DNA of 64,000 nucleotides, from positions 107,696,001 to 107,760,000 of the forward strand of contig NC_045697.1 of the NCBI RefSeq assembly GCF_009834535.1, read 5' to 3'. The stretch's first letter is position 1. Each line of letters starts with the position of its first letter. The translations under genes were made by a program, and so were the position numbers. The notes under the pieces are model-generated. The model did no database searches. It saw nothing but the letters and a program-made list of their open reading frames with translations, and was not told where the DNA came from. The DNA is from Camelus ferus. Its lineage: Eukaryota. Of this stretch, positions 37,431 to 51,305 are shown piece after piece.

Positions 37431-37581
37431 GTGTTGGAGAACATAGTGACGGTGCCAGGGGTTGGCTTGGGGGTGTTTTAACACTACTTCCCCCCTCCCA
37501 CTTCCTATAAGCACTCTTGTTCTGTTATGGAAAATTGATGTTTTCTCAATCTTATGCAAAGTCCTAAGCAAGTTTATCTTA

Positions 37582-37707
37582 AGGAATCTGAAAAGAATAT
37601 ATATATATATATGTATGTGTATAACTGAATCGCTTTGCTGTACACCTGAAACTAACATTGTGAATCAACTACACTTCAATACAAAATTAAAAAACAAACA
37701 AAAAAAC
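37582..37707 (+). mobile_element. L1 3' tip
   Basis: 'gaatctgaaaagaatatatat...gtataactgaatcgctttgctgtacacctgaaactaacattgt...caactacacttcaat' plus A-rich tail. Confidence 0.8.
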
Positions 37708-40700
37708 CCCAAATACCCTAGCTCTGACGTTCAACTAGATTACTACTCCTTGCTCCCTTTTATGTGGAAATTCTGAAGCGACCACTGGATGTATAGGAAC
37801 ACGATTTTTCAGGTGTGTGTTGGAAGACCGCTTGTTTACAAAAGGAAGTGATTTTCTGCTTGACCACCTGGGGCCTCATTTGTCTGCCGAGGTGACTTGG
37901 AGTCACCGCCCTTTCAGTTTCATGTCTCCGGTGAGGGTCTGAGGGAGGATTTCCTAAGTGCAGCACTTATGTGGCCCAGATCATCTTACCCACGTTTGCT
38001 GTATAAACCTGTTCTTTTTCTCTTGTGACTTCCTGATTAACTAGGCATTCATTCAGCAGCCTGTAGCTGGGGGTTCCTGAGCTGAGATCCAAGAACCAAC
38101 CCTGATATCAGAAAAATAAGCTTGCTTTGTGCATATGGGTGTGACTTTTTGTGGGTAGAGGGTCCATAGTTTCCAACAGATTCTGGAAAGGATCTGTGTT
38201 CTCCCCACCACACCGCCCACCCCAAAGAGGGCTGATTAACTATTGCTTAAGCTACTTTTGGATACAAGTTTTAAGAAATCCTGGTAAGATCTGCAGCCAT
38301 TTGAGGTCGAAGAGCTTTTATGGGGTTGGCAATCATACTTGGGCTGCCTCGTTGTCTCCTCAGGTGCGCCGGTCTTGTACCTGTGCCTTCATGCTTTTCT
38401 ATTTCTGGTGATGGGGACAGTTCATACTAGTGCTGTCAACAACATGCTTATCCAGTAGGTTCAGGTAGTTTCTTTTAAAAATTCGATCCTTTGAGGTATA
38501 TAGAGCAGGAAGATTGTTACCCCTATTTACAGTTGATGACACAGGCTGAGAGAAAAGCCTGAGACACTATCACTAGGTTTACCTGTCATCCGAACGTGCT
38601 GGACACTGCCACTTGGCTCATGCTTGGGTAACCTCTAAATACACCTGGACAAAGCCTAGAGAAATCTCAAAAGTTCATTGTGGATAAAAGGCCAATTATT
38701 CATCTCACACCTAATGTCATTATTCCCTTTCTAAAGGAAATGGATCATGTTAAAATTGTGGCTTTCCTTTTGGCTATTCCTCATTTTAGTGATTTTAAAA
38801 CAAAATTTCATAATCTCCCCACTTCACAGTCAAATAAAAGCTGGCCCTAGCCCCTCTTCTTTTGTTCTCCAGAAGGATCATAGAAAAATCTTACCCAATC
38901 ATATTTTTCAGCATGTTGGTTCATGAGAGGGCAAGTCATTGGCAGCCGGTAGCATCACCTCATTTTCATTAGATTGTTCGTTGGGTTTCAAAGACTAGTG
39001 CCCTTGTAACTTACATTATACAGCCTTAAAATTGCTCATAAAAGTTTGCTGTGGAAGAGCAGCAAATGTAAGATAAATTGAGAAGGTTAAAGGAAAACTG
39101 TACTAAGAGCTTCTCATAAATGAATTCTCATCATAAAAAAGCACGGTGATTTCTCCAAGTGACAAATTAACTTGAGATTGTGCTTTGCATTTTTAAGTAA
39201 TGTGTGGTAGCGTAATTCCATTTGTGTTCAAGCCAGGGGTCAGTGCCTTACTTATTCCACTTGTGCTTTTTGTCTAATAGTGTAGAGAAGAGAGCTGCAT
39301 ATGTGGGTATTAATTTACTTTTATTTTGCAAATGCATCATGTCAGGATTCAGTCAGTACTGAGATTCTAGGGGTTAAGGCAGGCTGGCATTTAGAAGGTG
39401 TCTGTGCTGAGGGCTTGGGGCCAGAGCATTTTCTGAAAGGAGTATTCGTGTTTAGAACACTTCTTGTAAAGATTCTTGTGCTGACTTGACTTACGTTTTC
39501 ACTCCAGTGGGGTCATGGCAAAGGACATCAGGATGTCAGTCGTTTATTTCACGTCCCTGGCATTGGCTGGGTAGAAAAGGCATTAGTGAGTGGAGTGGTG
39601 GTTCTTTCTGTCAACAAGTCAGGGGTTCGATTAAGAAAATTAACTGCAGTGGGTGCAAGTGACTCCATAAAAATATGCATATTAATGTCATTTGGACTCT
39701 TTGGAGGGAGATACAAAAATACCAGTATTAATTTTAGAGTTTGTACATCTGTGATTTGTTGAATAGTAATGAGAATAAAGAGAAAAAGGTTCCTGCCTAG
39801 TGAAACTTGACTGATCATGTGAAAACTCTTAATTCTTCAGGCCCTAGTGTCAGAATTAGGAGTTTAGACTGGGTTATTAATAATAATATATTTGCCCTCT
39901 GTATTCTTCTGCTAAATTGTTTGTTTTCTTCTGTCTGTGGCTCATTGCATTTTTGCTTCAGGGTTTTAATTCGTGGGGCATGTGGGCTGCTGTGGACTTG
40001 TCCTTTCATAGGCAGAGCTCAAGGCCAAAGATCACATTTTTACTTGTGTGAGATTTTCTGTTGTTTCGATCTCAGGGGACTCAGTGGGTGCAGGTGCCGA
40101 GGAGATTAAGGGAGAGGAGGGTGGGTGCCTGGTCAGGACCTCTGAAGGGTGTACAAGTCAGTCCCCCAGCCCAGGATGGTGGTCTTTACATTTCTTAGAA
40201 GAAGCAGAATAGATGCAAATACTTAAGGCCAGAATGGAGCCTGAAGCAAAGCAGGCCTCTTCATGTCCCCAAAGTTCAAGTTCCTTTTAACTCTAGGTCT
40301 CTCCTGGTATCATTCTTTAAAAATAAAAAATTAGTGTATTTTTTTCCATAAAGAAAAAAAAAAAAACCCCAGCACTCTTAATCCATGTTTCCTACGATGA
40401 AACCTAGTATTATGGAATCTGTTTGCCTCTAAGCAAAGAAGGTCAATAAGTTTCAACAGTATGTCAGTCAGCTGTCCCAGAAACCACACATAAGTTAATG
40501 GGTGTTTTGAGGTTGTGTATTCACTCACCTGTTTGGACAGTTGAGGACTCTGGACATATGTCAGGTTAGGAAATACTTGTTTGATTACATGGTTTATTGT
40601 TTATTATAAAACATATTACCCTTACGTTGGAGTCCAGTGACTTATGATCTGACTTTAAAATACTTTTGCCATAATAATTAAGAAAGAGCCCTTTTCCAGC

Positions 40701-43444
40701 TGTTTGGCTTTTAACATATGTTTAGGCCATGATTTTTTTTTTGATATCTTTTTAATGGAAGTAAAATTTATATAACAAAAGGCCATGAAAATTTTTTGTC
40801 AAGAGGATTTAAGAAAGGTTAATTGACTCAACACTTGGTTCATTTATTTGAATTCAGTGGATGATATAAAGCCAGGTCCTTGCCTTGAAGGAGATCCCAG
40901 CCTCCTAGGGGGATAAAAACATAAAACAAATATTAATAAAGACATGTACAAGGTGCCCCGTGACTGCTAAGGACGTTTACTGCACTTTGTTTTTTGAGCC
41001 CACCTCTGAAAGGGCTTTTCCTCTTGCTCTGGTTTTTTTTTGTGTGTGTGTGTGTGTAGCCAGTTGTCTCACTTCCCTTGTCTTAATGTTTTCTGTTGGG
41101 GATTTCATATGAAAGTTAGAATTTTGTCAGCTACTTTGTGCTTCTCAAAATTTCTTGCTTCTAAGACTCAAATATAGAAATGTTAGTGGTGATGCCGGAT
41201 GTTAGTCCATTTGTAAGAGTTAGAAAACTTGCACTTGGTATAAAACTTGATGTGAAAAAGGTACTTTCATCAGCTGGGATTCTGCCGAGCATATTTTTTC
41301 TTGTAAGCCTGTGGTAAGACTGTTGGCAATAAACTCCAGATCTGTTTGCTTAACTTAAGCCGGTCCTGTATTGCATATATTTTCATTTTTATTGTATGTT
41401 TTACCCCATCTCCTTAAAAAAAAAAAAAAAAAAAAGCAAGCCCCAGCCAAAAGAGTATACGTCCTGTCTTCTTTGCTTTGAAATATCCTGAAACTTCATA
41501 CCTCATCTTTTTTTGGTGTTGTTACTAAAATCTCTTGCATGTTTGAAGTGATAATAGCAGTGCATTTTCTTTTTATACTTGTAAATGAAGAGTTAAGTGG
41601 ACAATATTTATAGAGATCTCTAAAATTCCTAGAAGACTAAATGAAATGAAACAGTATTATGCAGGATGAATACAGTATTTTCTTATATTAAACTGAGTTG
41701 TATGAAGGGGAATTTTTCTCAGTACTGTTTTTAATTTTAAGACTTTAGTCTCCTTTTTTTATAGTTATACTCATTAGACTCCCTCACTTCCCTATTCTAA
41801 GGCATTTCTGAACTAGTACAATTGTCATTTTTCTTCTTAAGTTGATAAAGTATGGTATCTTTTAAATGTTATTTTTAAGAATTCTTCTTTAATGTCTCTT
41901 CCTTGGCCCATGAAATGTAAGAATTGACTTCAGTTGACTTCACTTTAATAATCTTGTTTTATTAAAATCTTGTGACATGTTGGTCAAGGGCTAGAACGTA
42001 ATTTTTTTATGGCTAAATTTTAAACCTTACCTGGAGTTTTATTTTACTTCTCTCTATGTGAATTGCTTAAAGGGCAATCTTATCTGATTACACTTCACAG
42101 TTTTACATAAAGGACTTTTTCCTCCTTTCACTATCTTGACAGCCGAGAAAGTCAAGGCAACAATCAACAGGCTGGTTCAAAAGAGTGGGGATTTGTCCAG
42201 TGCACTGGAATTTGCTTCCTCTCCAGCGTGAAAGCTTGTATTTGTGGCATACAAAGTGACGTTGTGTAAAAATGTGAAGGACAGGTGTTTACTCTGGCCC
42301 TGTCCAAGGTGAGAATTTGAGATGGGAGAGCTGGGCTCTGTCGAGGAGGTGATTTGGAACTAGACCAGTCTGTCAGTTTTGTTACCTATCATTGAAACTG
42401 GGGACTAAGTGACGAAGGAGATTTCAGTTCACAACTCATAATGTAGCTTTAAAGACTTTTTTCTTTTGGCTGATGTATTTTAAGGAGTTGAATACATTTT
42501 TCCATAAATTTTACTGCCTTCTATTTACCTTTGAGCAGAAGCCAACAGAGAAATATTTAGAAGGTTATGAGCAACAATAAAATGAACTGTTAAAAAAACC
42601 CTTTTGTGGCATTCTTCAAGTGTGTACTGGTAGAAAAATTACTCTAATTTGATAGTGAAATGTTAGAAATGATTTTATTTACTATTTAGACATAACATAA
42701 ACGAGCCTGGCTTTGTAAATGCGCAGGTTCAAAACATTTAGTTATGCCTCACTAGCTCAAATTTTTGCTCGTTATGCTTTACACTGATGGAATTAAATAT
42801 GACACATTGCATCGTTGGATCAGCCCCACAGTTCTAAAATACAGGGTTTGACTGAATTCTGAAAAAAAGAAATTAAAGAGACTGTTTAATGTCAGAAATG
42901 ATTTGTGAAATTTTATTTGTAGCATAAAGTTGGTTCAAGGAAGTATCCCAGTGCTAGAAGAAGGAAAGCCCATGAACATGTAATTGTAAATCGCCCTCAC
43001 TGAAACCAAAAATGATTCTTAGGCTTTGAAGGGGCGGATAATTTCTCAAAGCCAGGTCCTTGGTGTCTGTACTGGTCATAACGTGGCCAGTCCCTGGGAG
43101 AGTGCACGTCTAGTACTTGTGTCTGCCAGCACCAGTAGGAGTCATGTGTTCAATGGCCATTCCATCTTGAAGCATCCGGTTTTACCTCCTGGATATCCAA
43201 GGACATGTGTGGAGGAAGGTCAGAGCTTTGTGATGCTTGCTGTGAGGCTCTTAGAGGGGAGAGCTGCCTTAATATCATGCCTATATGTTCCAGGGAATTC
43301 TTTGGAGGCTGTCTTCTGATTCTCTTGCTTCCTTTGTACAGAGACCATCTACTTTCAGTGGAGTCACTAACTTGCACTCCAGTATTCGGAAGATTTTATG
43401 AGTGTTTTCTATGCCCTAAAATCACCATCGTCTGTTTTCAGGGT

Positions 43445-43550
43445 TAAAGGCAGGGTATTGGGAGTTGAACTTGGGTTTCAGCTCTATCTCTGCCAGTATA
43501 TGGTTTTCCTTAATCTCCTTAAGCCTCACCTTTCCTGTCTATAAAACTGG
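43445..43550 (+). mobile_element. MIR fragment
   Basis: 'cttgggtttcagctctatctctgcca...ccttaatctccttaagcctcacctttcctgtctataaaactgg'. Confidence 0.6.
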
Positions 43551-43551
43551 T

Positions 43552-44050
43552 GTTCATTCATGCATTCATTTGTTCATTCAGTCATTTGACAAATAGTAAT
43601 TTCTCTGTGCCAGGCGCATTCTCGGTGCTGGGAAGTGAACAGTGAGCAAAGCAGATGAAACTCCTGTTCTCACGGAGCTTACATGCTCCTGCTCCTGGGG
43701 AAAATGGAACATAAATGAATGGAAGTTAGATAAAATATATGTGAGAGAGTGGTGGCTGCTACAAATGAAAACAGAACAGGGTCAGGGGTAGAGTGACAGG
43801 ATCAGAAGTTGGTTTCTTTCTGGTTTACGTGGGTGGACAGTAGACGGGAGGGCCTCTGTGTGCAGGTGACATGTCAGCAGGGAGAGGAAGGATACATGAG
43901 GATACGTGGGGACAGAGCATCTCAGGGCCCAGCAAGTTTGGCAGGCACTGCACAGTCCTGGAAGGGGCGGGCAGGGGTTGGGGGTCAGTGAGGAGAGTGG
44001 GCGTCTGGCAGGTGGGGGTCCACACAGCCCTGGACGATGCACACCCAATG
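43552..44050 (-). mobile_element. L2 3' portion
   Basis: 'ttcattcatgcattcatttgttcattcag...ctctgtgccaggc...ggtgctggga...cagtgagcaaagcagatgaaactcctgttctcacggagcttaca'. Confidence 0.75.
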
Positions 44051-44169
44051 GGGCTGCTGAGACAGTGGAGGGAGGGGACAGGGCTGATGTGTGTTCTGCA
44101 CACAGAAAAAGAACAATACGCTGGAACAAGTGAGAATGGCTTTAGGAATCCATGAAGGGTTCAGTAGTA

Positions 44170-46800
44170 TGAAATTTATTACAGACATTCATCATCTTAT
44201 GTTTAATGACATATGATCATTTTTTATAAAAAAAAGGCATCTGATAAAGTTCAATATTGATTATTGATCTTTTAAAAACCCTCAAAATATAAGAGGAAAA
44301 TATCCTTAGCAAAGTATGTTCATCTCAATCTAAAAACCATCTCAGACTTAATAGGAAATTTGAGACCATTCCCATTTCAGTTAGGAGCAAAATAAGGCCG
44401 ACTATTTTTACTATTTATTAATGGTGTTTTGGAATCACAAGTTAATAGAGTTGGACAACAGAAAGAAAATAAAGTTATGAAAGTATACAAACCAGGAAGG
44501 AAGTAAACAGATATTATTTGTAAATAATAGGTAGGCCTATGACTAGAATACCCAAGAGAATCAAGTGAAAAGCTAATTATAAAGAATAAGATAATTTATA
44601 AATGTGCCTGGATACCAAAGTAATGTGTCAACATTCATGGCTTTCATATATACTAACAGTTAGTTTGAATGTAGTGGAAGAAAAAAACATTAGCTTAAAA
44701 AAGGATAAAATACCTAAGAATAAACTTAAGAAATATGTATGATGTATGTGAAGGCATTTAAAAATGCTCCTGAGAGATACAAAAGAGGCTTGAGAAGGCC
44801 TGTCATATTCTTGGATATAGAGATGCAAGTTCTCCTTAAATTTATGTGTATGTTTAATGTAATTCCAGTAAAAATAACAACAGGATTTTTTGGGGGGGCT
44901 AAGCCAACTTATGCTGTGTTCACATGGAAAAATAAGTTAAGCACGAATAGCTAGCCCAGTTCTGAAAAAGAGACTAAAACATACTGTAAGGCTACAATAA
45001 TTAAAACACTGATGTTACCAGATACCATAGTTGGTATATTATAAAGATGGCATTTCATAGACTTAACATAGGAACCAGCAATCCCACTTCTGAATATGTA
45101 TCCGGAGGGAACTCTAAGTTGAAAAGACACATGCACCCCAGTTTTCACAGCAGCACTATTTACAACAGCCAAGACATGGAAGCTACCTAAATGTCCATCG
45201 ACAGATGAGTAGATAAAGAAATTGTGGTGTATTTACACAATACTAATCTGCCATAAAAAAGAATAAAATAATGCCATTTGCAGCAACATGGATAGACCTA
45301 GAGATAAGTGAAGTAAGCCAGAAAGAGAAAGAAAAATACCATATACTATCACTCATGTGTGATATCTTTAAAAAAAAAGGACACTGTGAACTCATTTACA
45401 AAACAGAAACAGATTCTCAGACAGTAAACAATCTTATGGTTACTGGGGAAAAAGGGGTGGGAAGGGATAAATTTGGGCGTTGGAGATTTACAAATGTTAG
45501 CCATTATATATAAAAGTCGATTTTAAAAAAAGTTTCTTTTGTACAGCACAGGGAACTATGTTCAATATCTTGTAATAACCTTTAATGGGAAAAATACAGA
45601 AGCAAACATTATTTATGCACATGACTGGGACATTATGCTGTATACGAGATAGAGACACTATAATTGACTGTACTTCAAAAAAATTAATTAATTAATTTAA
45701 AAAAAAGATGGCATTTCAAGGTAGTTAGAGAAAGAAGCTCTGTTCAATAAATAGTCGTGGGGTAACCAGGTGGCCATCTAGGGGGAATGGAAAAAGCTAC
45801 TTAGAGCAGCACCTCAAATGTTTAGCCAAAATTGATCTATATTAAAGAGAAATTTAACAAATTAAATTGTAGAAGAAAGCACAGGAAGGTTATTTTATAA
45901 TCTTGGAATACATATGATCTTCCTAAGTAAGACAGAAAAGAGATTGATATACTTGATTACATTAAAAACAACCTAACTGAAAAAAAGTCCTGCGTAAGGA
46001 AAGACAAAGAATAAGAGAATTGGGAAAATTTTTTGATTCTTTTATCACCAACCACTAATTTCCTTAATAAAGAGCTTCTACAGATCTATAAGAAAGTGTC
46101 CAACAACCCAGAAAAATGGACAAAGGATATAAATATTGTACAGAAAGGGAAATAATGGTGTCTTTTAAAAATATGAAGAAGATGCTTAAGCGCTACTCAT
46201 TATAAGAGATATGGACATACAGCTGAGCTGAGGTACCATTTATCACTATTAGGCAGGAAAAGTTTAAGGAGTTGTATAACTTACTCTGTAAGAGTATGAG
46301 TGCAAAACAATAGTCTCTTTAGTGGGCAATTTGACAAAATCTATAGTATGAAAAATCTCGTATCATTTGACTAGGAACTCCAGTTCTAGAAATTTATCTT
46401 AGATACAAATACATTCCTCTAGATAAACATTCAAGTGTACTATGAATGTATCCTATATATGCATACCTATTACATGCATGTATGTACAAAAATATTTTTT
46501 GTAGTAGTGTTTATAAAATAACTAAAGATTGGAAACAACCAAAATGTTCATCCATGGGAGACTGAATTAATGTGTGGTGTTACAGCTGTACGTTAGAAAA
46601 CTGCAGTCATAAAAATACCAGTGAATCTCTTTATGTGTCATTTTTGGAAACATTGCCAACATATGTTGTTTGGTGAAAAATGCAAGGTAGAGAGCAATGT
46701 ATGTGATACATTTATTTGTGTTAAAAATACTTTGCTTGTCTATGAACAAATGCAGAGTTGATGCAGGCTCTGGGGAGTATAACTTGAATTATTTTTAATT
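44170..46800 (+). mobile_element. Old L1M ORF2/3' relic, interrupted by a young L1
   Basis: A-rich sense L1 motifs 'gcatctgataaagttcaa', 'aaaatacctaagaataaactta', 'ctaaaacatactgtaaggctacaataattaaaacact', 'gaaaaatggacaaaggatataaa', 'ttggaaacaaccaaaatgttcatc'. Confidence 0.75.
45058..45703 (+). mobile_element. Young lineage L1 3' ~650 bp
   Basis: ORF 45271-45513 'MPFAATWIDLEISEVSQKEKEKYHILSLMC' = L1 ORF2 C-terminus; perfect 15-bp TSD aaagatggcatttca (45043-45057 / 45704-45718). Confidence 0.92.
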
Positions 46801-46882
46801 GAACAAAAGATTCTTTAAATTTTATAGTGCTTCACCATTTTCAAAAGTTTCACACACATGATTTCATATAATCCCATAATAA

Positions 46883-47029
46883 CCCTTTGTTCCCCTACCC
46901 CTATCTTGCCCCTCTTCCTTCCCTCTTCTTACTAGTAACCACTAGTTTGATCTCTGTATTTGTGAGTCTGCTTTCTTTTTGCTTTATTCACTAGTTTGTT
47001 GTATTTTTTAGATTCCACATATAAATGAT
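46883..47029 (-). mobile_element. L1 3'-UTR fragment
   Basis: 'tagtaaccactagtttgatctctgtatttgtgagtctg...ttttttagattccacatataa'. Confidence 0.75.
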
Positions 47030-47599
47030 TGAAGACGGCCCCACCCCTTCTCAAAAAAATGTACTTATCACATTACCTTGCACTTAGTATTTATTACTTG
47101 GTGGTTATTTTCATTGTAATCACAGGTTTCCTTTATCTCTCAAGTTGATTTTTTAACAGTTGGGTCTGGAGGAGGAAGCTGTTCTCACTATAAATGCTGC
47201 TTAGTGGGTGCCCATACTCATGTTAGTATGCTGTATGTGCTTCCTGAAGGATGCTTCTTGGAGGATGTCAGTACAGGCTCTGCAAAGCAAAGATGTCCAA
47301 TAAGATTGGGAAATGTTGGATTAAACAAAACTAAGCATATTTCTTAGTGATATGCTGCAGCTCACTTATTTGTTTCGTGGTTGAGACCTTCCTAAAGTCA
47401 TCCAAATTACACTGGATGTCTTGGGTAAAGAAAAGAATGTATGTAATTCATGTAAAATCTCAGGGATTGATTGAATGGAAATTGCAGATTGAAGCTTCTT
47501 TTGATTTAACTTTTCCCAAAGCTTAAAAGGTTTTGCTGTTTGGGGGAAGGAATGAAATCTACCTAATGGGTAGAAAGTTGAGGAGCTGGGAGTTTAATG

Positions 47600-47735
47600 T
47601 GGAGAAGATAGCGTCACCGTGGGTTAGGAGATACGGGTTCTACCTCCGTCTTCATGGTTTACCAGCTGTTTAATTTTCAGCAGGTCCCTTAGCTTCCCTG
47701 GGCTTCATTTTTATCATCTTTGAAATTCAGGGACT
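47600..47735 (+). mobile_element. MIR fragment
   Basis: 'ttaccagctgtttaattttcagcaggtcccttagcttccctgggcttcatttttatcatctttgaaat'. Confidence 0.55.
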
Positions 47736-47738
47736 TGG

Positions 47739-48155
47739 TTTATTTATTTTTAGAATTTATTTGTTTATTTTAATTGAAGTATAGTTGATTTATAGTTGTT
47801 TCAGGTGTACAGCAAAGTGATTTAATTATATGTCTATTATTTTTCATATTCTTTTTCATTATAATTATTGCAAGATCTTGAATAAGTTCCCTGTGCTATA
47901 CAGTAGGTCCTTGTTGTTTATCTATTTTATACATAGTAGTTTGTATCTGTTAATCCCAAACTCCTAATTTATCCCTCCCCACCTTTCCCTTTTGGTAACT
48001 GTAAGTTTGTTTTCTATGTCTGTAAGTCTACTTCTGTTTTGTAAATACTTTCATTTGTATTTTTTTTTTTTTTTTAGATTTTACGTATAGTGACATCATA
48101 TGATATTTGTCTTTCTCTGATTTACTTCATTTAGTATGATAATCTCTAGGTCCAT
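47739..48155 (-). mobile_element. L1 3' end (lineage-type)
   Basis: 'taattgaagtatagttgattta...ttccctgtgctatacagtaggtccttgttg...tttggtaactgtaagtttgttttctatgtctgt'. Confidence 0.88.
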
Positions 48156-50874
48156 AAGGATAGGGTTTAGGTCCATCCATTTTTAAGACTCTTGAGTGAT
48201 TATCAATATGGAGTCAGTGAAGATTGTGGGCCTATGTAGAGTATTTTGTTCTACTCTGCAAGTTTCCACACGTGAATATAACCTGTCTCAGTTCAGCTCT
48301 TTGGAGAATGAAATTATTCAATAATTAGCTCATAGCCAACTCTGTGTATTTGAAAACTTCTTGAATTGTTCAAGACTTGTACTTGATTGATTGATTTGTT
48401 AATTACCCTCCAGGAAGGCGTTTGATTATAACACGGGTCAATTAATACAGCACTGTGGATAAATCCACAGTTCCTGTATAAACGCCCCTCTGCATTCATT
48501 TCACCCATACAGGGAGAAGTCTGTGATGTGGCTGTTAATTATCTTACCCCCTCCCACCCCGCCCACAGCACACACAGTGTTCATTCGGTGGCTTGCTGTG
48601 CTTTTTGCGCACTCACTGCCTATTAGCAGATTTCTGAACTCAGCACAGAAGAAGTCTGAATTCACTGCATTTATGCTATCTGGCAATGAGGTTTAAATTT
48701 TGTTCCTCTGTTGAAATTAGGGATGTGACATAGCTCTTGTGCAGAAGGATTATGAGCCTGAAGTTGATTTTATTATGTGGAAGTAGAATGTTTTGTTAGA
48801 AGTACTTGCCTGGGCAGAGATTCGAATGTGACTGAATTGTTAACCACCAGCTCCCCCACCCCTTTTTAGAAGGAGACATATTTTGTTTTTAAATGAGATG
48901 ACAGTGAGAGAATCATCAAAACCCAATGAATTTTAAGAGTCCTTCCTGTTCACTTGAGTTCCATTTAACCTTGCTTTCGATGTGGTTCTGTACATTACCG
49001 TCAAGGGACTCAGCTTCCTTTGAAGGTGTTGCTATTGGTGGAATCATGATGGTAAAATATGAGCAGTTACTGATACCCAGGGATGCCTGATTACCTAAGT
49101 AAAAGTGCATGTGTGTGGGCGCCTAAAACGTAGTGTAAGGGGAGAATGTGTGATAATGGACACAAAAATGGGAGAGGAATTTCTCATGAATTAGAGATGT
49201 CCTTTCATAATTCAAGAGCCACAGAATGAGAAAAGGCTTGAAATCACCTGAAAAACATCTGGAAGCAATCTGTAGTTCTTAAGAGGCAGTAGGAGAGCTT
49301 GTCCCTCTCCAGTACATGATGATAAAACTGTTCATGTGGGATTATGAAGAAGCAGAATTCTGATACTTGTGAAACCTCTTGCAATTAAATGCCCAGAGAT
49401 TTGGTTATGAATTATATACTGCAAGGTCCCAGGTGCTTAATAATTACTTAGTGAAAAAGGCAGATTTGAAGGTACTGATGAAATTGTAATGTGAAGAATT
49501 TGTTTATTTGCATGGTGAAATGTTATCCTTTGCTTCTCAGGCCTTGTACGCACTCTTCTTGTGCCTGGGGAATTACCACTACTGTGCCCAGGTTTGAAGA
49601 TTTAGGTCACATTGAGGTCCCGCCCCCCGACCCGACCATTTTTTTCCGTTTCATGAAACGTTTGTTATAAGAGAAGGTATTCCATTCCAAGTCTTTGTGG
49701 CGTCTATAGGTCAAACTCACACACACACACAAAACCCCTTATGGTGGCTTCTAGGGAAGCATCTTTTAATATACCGGACTACTGCAGAAAAATTATTATA
49801 TTAATGAGTGGCTCATCAGAGAGAGTGAAAGGCCTATTTGTTGTACTAGACCCTGATTGACTTGCTCACCTTGGCCCATCTAAAGTTGGGGAAATACTTA
49901 TAAATAATACTTACAACTATATCAGAACAAACTGCTTCTTGTTTCTTGCTTTGCAGAAGTGGTTGTGATCCTGTTTAGTTATAACATTGTACTCTTTTTT
50001 TTCTCTCCTCTTTACATGATAAATGGCATTTTCCCATTTTATTGAAACTTATAAAATTTTCTAATGGCTGACAAAATAGTGGTTAAGTAAATTATGTCAT
50101 TTTGTCAAATTTGCTTATCTCTTCCCCAGTTATTGGGCATTTAAATGGTTTCCATGCTTTAAATATAATATAAGTATAGTATTTATTGTTTTCTTAAAAA
50201 GGTTTTTTCTTGGACATTTTCTCTAGCTTCCATCTGTTTTGATCTAGAATAGTGGCTTCTTGCAGTTTGTTTAGCATTTGCATTAGCTTCTGACTTTTAT
50301 ATTCTAAGTGTCTGGAGTAAACGTCTTTGCTCTGTTGTCCAGAACATCTCTACGGAGTGTTCTCTGTACTATTTCTCCCAGAGAGGTTAATTTCCCAGCC
50401 TTCTTCAAGCTCATGTTTTCCTGATTGTACAGCAGGGATTAAGTCATGCATTTGTGTTGTGAAACTGATCTTCCCAGATAACCCTGATGATATGAGATGT
50501 GTGTCTAAGACCAAAGTGAACTCTGCCCATGAGATGGCAAAAACTGAACTTTCCACTGTCAATCTCTAGATAGGTCAGAGGTGCCAGGGACTATTTTGGG
50601 AGTACTGCACATTAAAAAACAAGTATGTTATGAAAGGTATCTCTGGTCCTCTCCTTGCTCTTTTATATATTTTTTGTCATTATAATATGATGCTGTTGAT
50701 GCATGGATATGGATTTGTTTTGTTTCACATTTTTTTTTTCCTCTTCTGAAAGAACTGTGTCATTACTAACCGTCTCTCAGAGGATAGAAGAATTCTTTCT
50801 GTTACCCAGTGGGAGTCTCTCATTTTTGGCTAGCATTCAGATTTCTAAATAAATATTCATTTTTTGCTTATAAC

Positions 50875-51018
50875 TTTTTTTAAATTGAAGTACAGTCAAT
50901 TATAATGTGTCAGTGTCTGGTGTACAGCACAATGTCCCAGTCATGTATGTATGTATGTATTTATGTATGCATATATATACACACACACAAACATACATAC
51001 ATCTATTTGTTTTCATAT
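50875..51018 (-). mobile_element. Young L1 3' tip
   Basis: 'attgaagtacagtcaattataatgtgtcagtgtctggtgtacagcacaatgtcccagtcatg'. Confidence 0.8.
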
Positions 51019-51178
51019 TGACTTTTTTTTTTAATGATAAGTGCAATATGAGGAGAATGCTCCCACTCAATGCACTACAAATGGTGCTAAATTGGAGGAG
51101 AGAAAAACTAGAGAAATTTAGATTGGGTTTTTGTGATCTATTAATGATTGTGGGACTTTTCTTTATTCCTTTCTATAG

Positions 51179-51305
51179 ATTTTGGAAGTCTTCTTCTGGG
51201 AGTTGCCAGCAGTGCCAAGTGTTGGAGCAGTCTTCTCTGCCCCTCTGATAGACTGAAGTGAGCAGATACAACCCAGCAGAAGGCTGTGGAAGAGAGCAGT
51301 CATAG
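51179..51305 (+). other. Probable non-coding (5'-UTR-type) internal exon, 127 nt, of an unidentified host gene
   Basis: Strong acceptor 'ttttctttattcctttctatag|AT'; donor 'TAG|gtaatg'; unique purine/GAA-rich sequence; stop codons in all three frames and no ATG. Confidence 0.6.

Noticed and set aside
43782..44188. Cluster of overlapping ORFs on both strands
   Set aside because: GC-richer antisense L2 relic with few stop codons; no coding signal.
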